Positions 17,232 to 23,725 of a DNA stretch of 64,000 bases are shown here, piece by piece (the first letter of the stretch is position 1; every line of letters starts with the position of its first letter). Made by a program: the position numbers and the translations under genes. This DNA comes from Bryobacteraceae bacterium (GTDB lineage Bacteria > Acidobacteriota > Terriglobia > Bryobacterales > Bryobacteraceae): the NCBI GenBank assembly GCA_036008345.1, contig DASYNU010000192.1, forward strand, positions 5,800-69,799, written 5' to 3'. The notes beneath the pieces are model-generated. The model was given only the letters and a program-made list of their open reading frames with translations. It did not search any database and was not told the origin of the DNA.

Positions 17232-17256
17232 CACGGTCCCTCACGGTCGCGGTTCG
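17232..17256. repeat. Family D half-repeat (CACGGTCCCTCACGGTCGCGGTTCG)
   Basis: Matches the left arm of the full family D elements at 23591 and 48969. Supplies the last codons and stop of the minus-strand UvrC-like ORF. Confidence 0.75.
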
Positions 17257-18359
17257 ATGGGTTGCTCACCCTTCTGCCGGACTCGCGAAATGGCGCGAAC
17301 CAGTTTGCGATAAGGCATTTGAGCGAGGTCATGAAAACCAATCCACTCGCCGTCGCTCCACGTCGAGTAATGCCAGCGCGCCAGCAGCGCAAGGTGCTCC
17401 TGTTTTTCCACCAGCGTCGCCGCCACGGGTTCAAGCGATGCCACCAACTCGCGTAGACGATGGTCGAGCGAGATGTGGGAGGTCAAAGGAAACTCGATCG
17501 GCGCTTGCCACGAGCCTTGGCACAGGAACCAAAGAAGAACGCCGTCGGGCGCTGCCGATGGCGCCACGGCCACGCCATAAAGCCGATCAATATCACACAC
17601 CAGATCGTCACGCAGCGCCAGCACCTGCTGAATGCTTTCCAAGCGCTTATGCTGGCGCGCGGCTTCCTCAAAGTTCATTTCGTGGCTCAAGCGCTCGCGA
17701 GCCGCCGAAGTTACGCTCACTAGCGACGTTCCGTCGCCCGACAGAAACTCGCGCACTCGCTCTACCTCACTCATGTATTCTTCGCGTCCCACCACTTGCT
17801 GGCAGGGCCGCAGGCACATATTCATTTCGCCGTAGATGCAGCCGGGATGCTGGGGGCTGGGCTCTAGATTCTCCTGGCAGCGGCGCACCTGGAATAGATC
17901 CAGAAACTGGTTTTCGAACAGCTCCGCCGCGGCGCGAGTTCGGAACGGCCCGTAGTAAAGTGCCGCTCCTCCACCGAGACGCGTGGTCACTTGCGAGCGG
18001 GGAAATTCGTTAGCCAGGACCAGTTTCACGTAGGCCGGCAAGCGCAGCTTCACCAGCCGCAGATAGTCATCCGGAAAATGGCGCTTGGCAAGCGCGTAGT
18101 GCAGCAGCATGGATTCAAAGCGCGAGGCCGTGAGCCAATATTCCACCCGCGTGACAACTTCACGCAGATTCAGGGACCGCCGCAGCGGGCCGGCTGGTTT
18201 CAAGATCCGCAACAGCCTGCGGCGCAGCATGCTGGTCTTGGCGAGATACGCGGATTGATCTCCAGCCGAGACCAGAAATACTGCGCCGCTGTTGGGGAGC
18301 GCATTCATCGCCTCGTCGAGCGAGGCGATGTCGAGGAGCTGCGGGTCGGGCACTACCAT
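17241..18359 (-). CDS. UvrC N-terminal-half homologue (divergent GIY-YIG + Cys-rich + UVR domain; no EndoV/HhH half)
   Basis: 372 aa. Colinear with UvrC residues about 1-370: GAVFLVSAGDQSAYLAKTSMLRRRL (GIY-YIG region, first Tyr is Phe), YYGPF, RRCQ ... GCIYGEMNMCLRPC, EEYMSEVERVREFLSGD, UVR helix NFEEAARQHKRLESIQ. Confidence 0.65.
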   Translation of the reverse strand: MVVPDPQLLDIASLDEAMNALPNSGAVFLVSAGDQSAYLAKTSMLRRRLLRILKPAGPLRRSLNLREVVTRVEYWLTASRFESMLLHYALAKRHFPDDYLRLVKLRLPAYVKLVLANEFPRSQVTTRLGGGAALYYGPFRTRAAAELFENQFLDLFQVRRCQENLEPSPQHPGCIYGEMNMCLRPCQQVVGREEYMSEVERVREFLSGDGTSLVSVTSAARERLSHEMNFEEAARQHKRLESIQQVLALRDDLVCDIDRLYGVAVAPSAAPDGVLLWFLCQGSWQAPIEFPLTSHISLDHRLRELVASLEPVAATLVEKQEHLALLARWHYSTWSDGEWIGFHDLAQMPYRKLVRAISRVRQKGEQPIEPRP

Positions 18360-18400
18360 CCTTCTCTAGTTTCTCGCGTTGGCAGGCGCTTGTTCCGAGG

Positions 18401-18428
18401 CACCGGCTCCCTCACGGTCGCGGTTCGG
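18401..18428. repeat. Family D half-repeat
   Basis: caccggctccctcacggtcgcggttcgg in the divergent intergenic region between the UvrC-like gene and the kinase gene. Confidence 0.75.
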
Positions 18429-18508
18429 TTTCCGGGCCATCCGCGCTAACATGGAGTAACTCCGGTTCAGATTTAGGGCACGGGAAAGAGCGCGGTTTAG
18501 ACGGCGGC

Positions 18509-21256
18509 ATGGTCGGCACGACTGTCCAGAACTATCGGATCGTAGAAATATTAGGTCAAGGCGGGATGGGGACCGTTTACAAAGCCCTGGATCTGCGCTT
18601 GAACCGGTTTCTCGCTCTCAAGTTCCTGGTGCCGGAGCGCGTCACCGCGGACCGCAAGCGCCGTTTCTTCCAAGAAGCCAAAGCGGCATCCGCGTTGAAT
18701 CATCCGAGCATCGTACATATCTACGACATCGGCCAATGGGAAGGCGCGGATTTCATCGCCATGGAGTACGTGGAAGGCGGCACGCTACAGCAAATGCTGC
18801 GCGACGGGCCCATGCAGATCGACGACGCCCTGCGCTATGCAATTCAAGTGGCCGACGCCATGTCGGTGGCGCACGCGGCCAACATCGTGCATCGCGATCT
18901 CAAGCCAGCCAACGTTATGGTGACGTCGCGAGGCCTGGTAAAGATTTTGGATTTCGGCGTTGCGAAGCTCAACGATCCAGTTGCGGCGGCTCCAACGGAG
19001 CCCCAGCCGCGGTCAGCCGAAACAGAAACGTTCGCGAATGCGAACCAAACCATCGAAGGCATGGTGGTGGGCAGCCCGGCCTACATGTCGCCCGAACAGG
19101 CCACCGGCAAGCCAGTGGATGCACGCTCCGATATTTTCGAATTCGGTTTGCTGCTGCACGAAATGCTTACCGGCCATGCCGCTTTCGGTGGTAGTACGAA
19201 ACTAGAGATACTCTCGGCGATCCTCAAGACAGATCCACCGAAGCCCAGCAGCATCAATCCAGCCGTGCCTCCGGAATTGGAATGGGTGATCGCGCATTGC
19301 CTGCGCAAGGATCGCGAGCGGCGCTTTCAGAACATGTCCGAGGTCAAGATCGCCCTAGACGATTTGCGCACCGAGACCAGTGCGTCCGGCCTTCGCGCCC
19401 CGGTGCTTCCCTCGCCCGCGATGCCGGCTTCGCCACCAGCAGGTCCTGCGCATCGAAAGATCTGGATTTGGGGGATTGCAACCGCGTTCGCACTGGGTCT
19501 CGCAACCGCAGCGGCGTTCCTGATGCTGCGAACGCGGCAGCCTTCGGTCACAACCAATGCGCTGCCGGAAATCAGCAGGCTGACTATGGAAGGCGGGGTG
19601 GGAATCGATCCGGCGATTTCACCGGACGGCAAGTTGCTGGCCTATGCCTCCGACCGCAGCGGCGATGGCAATTTTGATATCTGGATCCGGCAGATCGGTG
19701 GCGGCGATGCCATGCGCCTTACGCGAAACCCCGCGGACGACGTGGAGCCAAACTTTTCGCCGGACGGGACGAAAATTGTCTTTCGATCCACGCGGGATGG
19801 CGGTGGGCTCTATATCATTCCAGCGCTGGGCGGGGAGGAGCGCAAAGTAGCGGACGGCGGACGCCAGCCGCAGTTTTCCGCCGATGGTACCAAAATCGCT
19901 TATTGGAATGGCCCCGCGGATCCGCTCCCGTTGCGCAACGGCAGCGCGCATGCATTCATCCTGGATCTCGCAACGTCCGCCATACGCAGGTTACGGCCGG
20001 ATTTTGCGGCAACCGCGCATCCAGTGTGGAATCCGGATGGAAAGCACATCGGATTCCTCGGCTTAAAGGATGCTCACAATCCGGATACCTACAACTGGTG
20101 GATCGCGCCCGCGGAGGGGGCGTCGCCAGCCGTCAAATGCGAAATTGTTGGTGAGTACTTCTCCATCATTCCTTTCGCGTGGAAAGGCGATCGAGTTTAC
20201 TTCAACAAGAATGACGGAGACCGAATCACCATTGGAGAAGTTCGGATCGACCCTAAGAAGTGGATGCCCATTGGTGAGCTACGGACGCTGACCGCCGGCA
20301 CCACGAACGAATATTCTCCGTCCGTATCCAAGGACGGCAAACTGGTGTTCGCCAGCATTACCGAGAATACGCATCTTTACAGTCTTCCGCTGGACGCCAA
20401 TCGCGGTGAGGCACGCGGCGCTCTGGAGCGTTTGACGGGTGATGCCGGCGTGGATACAGCTCGCTCGATCTCTCGCGACGGCAATAGAATCGCGTTCACT
20501 TCCAGCAGGAACGGCTCGGCGCAAATTTGGGCGAAGGATCTGGTTTCGGGCATCGAGCGAGCCTTAACCACTGGTACGGAAAAAACTCAACCAGTGATCA
20601 GCCCAGATGGCAAGTTCGTGGCCTGGACTGAAAACATTCTAGAACACAACCAGACTTTCGTGACACCGTTCGACGGTGGCCCCGCAAAAGAGGTGTGCGC
20701 AGAGTGCGGCGGACCCAAAGCTTGGTCACCAGATGGGCACTATTTGACGTACAGTAGGTCGCCGATGAGCTTCGTGGGCCTGCTGGATGCCGCTATCGGC
20801 AAACAGACCGAGTACCTCAAGAGTCCAACGCTTATATTCGGAGAGAATGCTATCTCGCCGAACGGGATCTGGATGGTGTTCGCCGCTCATCGCGATACCC
20901 GTAATTTTACAGTCTATGCCGCTCCGTTTTCCGTGCTCCAGCCACCAGCGCCGTCTCAATGGATGGAGATCGTGCGGTCCCCGGAAACGGACCCAAGCGG
21001 TGCCTGGTCGCCCGACGGGAATCTGCTCTACTTCAGCTCCGATCGCGACGGTTATGCGTGTTTGTGGGCCCAGCGGCTGGATCCATTTACGAAACATCCC
21101 CGGGGCCCGTTGTTCGCGGTGCGGCACTTCCATGCGCCGTCCCAAACCATGTACGCTCCATCGTTCTATTACCCGCCCGCCCTGGCCGAAGACAAGATCA
21201 TCGTGAGCCTTAAAGAACGGGCCGGCGGCATATGGATGTTGCAGTTACCAAACTAA
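18509..21256 (+). CDS. Membrane Ser/Thr protein kinase with extracytoplasmic TolB-like (PD40/WD40) beta-propeller
   Basis: 915 aa. Hanks kinase motifs (GQGGMGTVYKA, HRDLKPANVM, DFGVAK, SPEQ), one TM (IWIWGIATAFALGLATAAAFLML), and about 10 PD40-like repeats (ISPDGKLLAYASDRSG, FSPDGTKIVFRS, WSPDGNLLYFSSDRDG). Confidence 0.9.
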   Translation: MVGTTVQNYRIVEILGQGGMGTVYKALDLRLNRFLALKFLVPERVTADRKRRFFQEAKAASALNHPSIVHIYDIGQWEGADFIAMEYVEGGTLQQMLRDGPMQIDDALRYAIQVADAMSVAHAANIVHRDLKPANVMVTSRGLVKILDFGVAKLNDPVAAAPTEPQPRSAETETFANANQTIEGMVVGSPAYMSPEQATGKPVDARSDIFEFGLLLHEMLTGHAAFGGSTKLEILSAILKTDPPKPSSINPAVPPELEWVIAHCLRKDRERRFQNMSEVKIALDDLRTETSASGLRAPVLPSPAMPASPPAGPAHRKIWIWGIATAFALGLATAAAFLMLRTRQPSVTTNALPEISRLTMEGGVGIDPAISPDGKLLAYASDRSGDGNFDIWIRQIGGGDAMRLTRNPADDVEPNFSPDGTKIVFRSTRDGGGLYIIPALGGEERKVADGGRQPQFSADGTKIAYWNGPADPLPLRNGSAHAFILDLATSAIRRLRPDFAATAHPVWNPDGKHIGFLGLKDAHNPDTYNWWIAPAEGASPAVKCEIVGEYFSIIPFAWKGDRVYFNKNDGDRITIGEVRIDPKKWMPIGELRTLTAGTTNEYSPSVSKDGKLVFASITENTHLYSLPLDANRGEARGALERLTGDAGVDTARSISRDGNRIAFTSSRNGSAQIWAKDLVSGIERALTTGTEKTQPVISPDGKFVAWTENILEHNQTFVTPFDGGPAKEVCAECGGPKAWSPDGHYLTYSRSPMSFVGLLDAAIGKQTEYLKSPTLIFGENAISPNGIWMVFAAHRDTRNFTVYAAPFSVLQPPAPSQWMEIVRSPETDPSGAWSPDGNLLYFSSDRDGYACLWAQRLDPFTKHPRGPLFAVRHFHAPSQTMYAPSFYYPPALAEDKIIVSLKERAGGIWMLQLPN

Positions 21257-21264
21257 AAATTCAT
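21247..21264. repeat. Left copy of 18-bp direct repeat (target-site duplication) ACCAAACTAAAAATTCAT
   Basis: Identical 18-mer at 23149-23166. Flanking bases differ on both sides. Contains the kinase stop codon TAA (21254-21256). Confidence 0.85.
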
Positions 21265-23148
21265 GTGGCAGCAAAGTGATAATGTCCCCTTTGAGCAAAG
21301 TAGAAATGTCCCCTTGACAGCCCCAAGCTTTGGGGATGCAAGAAGGACAACTACTGATGACCCAAGGCGACCGGGACCGGCTGGTGACGCTAAAGAAAGC
21401 CAAGAAGAAGCTGATTACCCAGCGCGAGGCGGCTGAAGAGCTGGGGCTCAGCGTGCGACAGGTGAAGCGGCTCTTACATGCGCTGAAGAAGCGCGGCGAC
21501 AAAGCCGTGGTCCATGGGCTGCGGGGCAGGCGTTCGAACCGGAGGATCGAGGAGCAGATCGAGCATGAGGCTGTGAGGATCTTGTCGGCGCCGATGTACG
21601 AGGGGTTCGGGCCGACGCTGGCGGCGGAGTATTTGAGGAAGAAGCACTCCATCTCAGCCAGCAAGGAGACGGTGCGGCAGTGGATGATGGGTGCCAAACT
21701 GTGGCGGGGAAAGAAAGCGCGGGTGCAGCGAGTGCACACCTGGCGGCCGCGGCGGAGCCGGAGCGGCGAGTTGGTGCAATGGGACACCAGCGAACACGAC
21801 TGGCTGGAAGGGCGGGGAGAGAAGCTGTACCTGATCGCCATGATCGATGACGCGACCAGCCGATTATTCGCGCGCTTCGTGCGGCACGATTCGACGGAAG
21901 AGAACATGCGACTGTTGTGGAGTTATGTGGAGAGATTTGGCCGGCCATTGGCATTCTATACCGATAAAGCGAGTCTGTTCCACAGCACGCCGAAGACGCA
22001 CCGGAAGCAAACGGAGTTGAATCGCGACGAACGTGAGCCTCTGCCGCCGACACAGATCGGACGGGCCTTGCGCGAGCTGGACATAACCTGGATCGCAGCA
22101 CACAGCCCGCAGGCCAAAGGGCGGGTGGAGAGAAACTTTGGAACGGCGCAAGACCGGCTGGTGAAAGGGATGCGAGTGGCAGGGGTCAACACCATCGAAC
22201 AAGCCAACGAATATCTGGCCAACGATTACCTGGTGTGGTGGGAACGGGAATTGACGGTCGAGCCAGCCAACGCCGACGATGCGCACCGGCGGCTGGATAA
22301 GAATCACCATCTGGCAGCGTCGTTGAGCCACGTGGAGATGCGGCAGGTAAGGTCCGATTACAGCTTGCGCTGGGACGGCAAGCTGTATCAGATCGAGCGT
22401 CCAGCAGTCACGACCGGGTTGCGCGGCGCCGACGTGCGCGTGGAGAAACGGCTGGACGGGTCGCTGGCGGTGCGCTACAGAGAACAGTATCTGCCGGTGA
22501 AAGAGTGCGCCGCGGCGGACAAGCCTAAAGCCGCTCGCCCGGCAAAAGCGGCGAAGACACTTCGATCCGGTGGACGAGGTAGCGACTGGAATCAGAACTT
22601 CGATCTGAAGAAAGCGCCGAAAATCTGGCAAGCGGCGCAAGGGTCGGGACACCGACGCGGAGAAGCTCTCTGATGAGCTCGATCCTGAGGGAGTGGCTGG
22701 TCAGGCAAAGTTCGCCCGATACCGGGAAACTCTCCGCACGACCGGCCGGTAAGCCGAGGGATTTCTTACACGTTCTGGAGAATTTGCGACGATCCCTTCC
22801 CCGCCACTCCTTGGCCAGACCTAAGGCTCCGGCGTGCGTTTGGAAGGCATGGCGGAATCTATCTGGTCCGATGTGGTTTGCAAATCAAAACCAAACCCTA
22901 AGGCGGAGCCGTGCCGCCTCCCGATGGTCGGCCCCGGGCCCAGGTAGCAGAACGTGTCGGGAGGACCACGCTCCATCTCATCGTCCGCAGATGAGTTCCG
23001 GCCGGCTATTCCTCGATCGGGTTGCTCGCCAGCAGTGCCCGTCTCCGCTTCACCGGCACGAGCAGCATAACATGCACTTCTCAGGCGACCAGGCAAAAGG
23101 GGACATTTCTACTTTGCCAGCGAGGGGACATTTCTATTTTGCCTTGAC
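21265..23148 (+). mobile_element. Insertion sequence, ISNCY/IS1202-group-like, 1884 bp, with about 51-bp imperfect terminal inverted repeats
   Basis: IRL 21265-21315 (gtggcagcaaagtgataatgtcccctttgagcaaagtagaaatgtcccctt) against the reverse complement of IRR 23098-23148 (gtcaaggcaaaatagaaatgtcccctcgctggcaaagtagaaatgtcccctt). Each IR carries two RAAATGTCCCCT motifs. Single transposase ORF. 18-bp flanking direct repeats. Confidence 0.85.
21336..22673 (+). CDS. DDE (rve/integrase-core) transposase, ISNCY family
   Basis: N-terminal HTH (ITQREAAEELGLSVRQVKRLL) and a catalytic core typical of ISNCY/IS1202-group transposases (GELVQWDTSEHDWLEGRG ... LIAMIDDATS ... FYTDKASLF ... SPQAKGRVERNFGTAQDRLVK). 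Confidence 0.85.
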   Translation: MQEGQLLMTQGDRDRLVTLKKAKKKLITQREAAEELGLSVRQVKRLLHALKKRGDKAVVHGLRGRRSNRRIEEQIEHEAVRILSAPMYEGFGPTLAAEYLRKKHSISASKETVRQWMMGAKLWRGKKARVQRVHTWRPRRSRSGELVQWDTSEHDWLEGRGEKLYLIAMIDDATSRLFARFVRHDSTEENMRLLWSYVERFGRPLAFYTDKASLFHSTPKTHRKQTELNRDEREPLPPTQIGRALRELDITWIAAHSPQAKGRVERNFGTAQDRLVKGMRVAGVNTIEQANEYLANDYLVWWERELTVEPANADDAHRRLDKNHHLAASLSHVEMRQVRSDYSLRWDGKLYQIERPAVTTGLRGADVRVEKRLDGSLAVRYREQYLPVKECAAADKPKAARPAKAAKTLRSGGRGSDWNQNFDLKKAPKIWQAAQGSGHRRGEAL

Positions 23149-23166
23149 ACCAAACTAAAAATTCAT
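23149..23166. repeat. Right copy of 18-bp target-site duplication
   Basis: ACCAAACTAAAAATTCAT, identical to 21247-21264. Confidence 0.85.
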
Positions 23167-23223
23167 TGTGATTCGGGTAGGGTTCTGATACGATAGCTCG
23201 ATACAAAAAAGGAGATGTCGCTC

Positions 23224-23532
23224 ATGACACCAGAGTTTTTCGATGGTCCAATCTCGAGGGAGTATCGCGAGATTCTCGATTCCGAGTCACGTTTTGAAAC
23301 CGCGCCGGCCAAGAAGTCAGGAACCGGTGGCACCAAATGCAAATCGGCGCCTCTCGTCTGCCCAAAGTCAGGAACGGAAGGGACCAGATGCAAGACCGAC
23401 CCTACCGCCTGCCCAGGGAAGCTTGGAACCGGCGGGACAAGGTGCAAGACGGACCCGCACATTTGTCCCAAAAAGGGCGCCATCGCCCAAAGCGTGCCAG
23501 GCTGGTCTCTTCCGCCCGCGCCTCTTTCTTAG
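23224..23532 (+). CDS. Small protein (102 aa) with three tandem 17-18-aa Cys-containing repeats, G-T-x-G-T-[KR]-C-K-[ST]-x-P-x-x-C-P
   Basis: GGAG at 23211-23214 lies 9 nt before the ATG at 23224; the track start at 23215 abuts the SD. Three 51-54-nt DNA repeats span 23314-23475. Differences between them are mostly synonymous third-position changes in this frame (ACC/ACG/ACC, GGC/GGG/GGG, ACC/ACC/ACA, TGC/TGC/TGT, CCA/CCA/CCC). No signal peptide. Confidence 0.5.
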   Translation: MTPEFFDGPISREYREILDSESRFETAPAKKSGTGGTKCKSAPLVCPKSGTEGTRCKTDPTACPGKLGTGGTRCKTDPHICPKKGAIAQSVPGWSLPPAPLS

Positions 23533-23590
23533 GCCCGGCGAAATTGATCGAATCGGCGAATGACTCCCTGAGAATCAGCAAAAACTAAGG

Positions 23591-23675
23591 CACCGGCTTC
23601 CTCACGGTCGCGGTTCGGTAGCGCCCTGGAGAACATGGGACATCCTTTTCGAACCGCGAGCGTAAGCGACCGGTG
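23591..23675. repeat. Family D complete inverted-repeat element (85 bp)
   Basis: caccggcttcctcacggtcgcggttcgg (23591-23618), 31-nt spacer, cgaaccgcgagcgtaagcgaccggtg (23650-23675). The arms are imperfect reverse complements. Confidence 0.85.
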
Positions 23676-23725
23676 TTGAATTCAAAACGGTCGTGGCTCG
23701 CACCAACGGCGAGGCAAGAACTTCA

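Noticed and set aside
17039-18013. 324-aa plus-strand ORF opposite the UvrC-like gene
   Set aside because: It is an Ala/Arg/Pro/Ser-rich translation that begins inside REP elements, while the opposite strand has colinear UvrC motifs.
21245-22652. Three minus-strand ORFs (21245..21907, 21448..22101, 21864..22652) inside the IS
   Set aside because: They are antisense to the transposase gene, which has clear HTH and DDE-core motifs. Their translations are Ser/Arg/Cys-rich with no domain.
22673-23158. 161-aa ORF downstream of the transposase inside the IS
   Set aside because: Its composition is Arg/Ser/Pro-rich, it has no SD and it runs through the right inverted repeat. It was kept only as part of the non-coding-tail observation.
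23224-23532. Calling the Cys-repeat gene a RiPP biosynthetic cluster
   Set aside because: No radical SAM, lanthionine synthetase, YcaO, peptidase or exporter gene lies within the neighbourhood. It is reported only as a candidate precursor-like peptide, not as a cluster.
23163-23588. Alternative-frame ORFs over the peptide repeats (23163..23483 minus-strand, 23243..23563 and 23337..23588 plus-strand)
   Set aside because: Differences between the repeats fall on third codon positions of the 23215/23224 frame only. In these other frames the same changes are non-synonymous and the products are Pro/Arg-rich.
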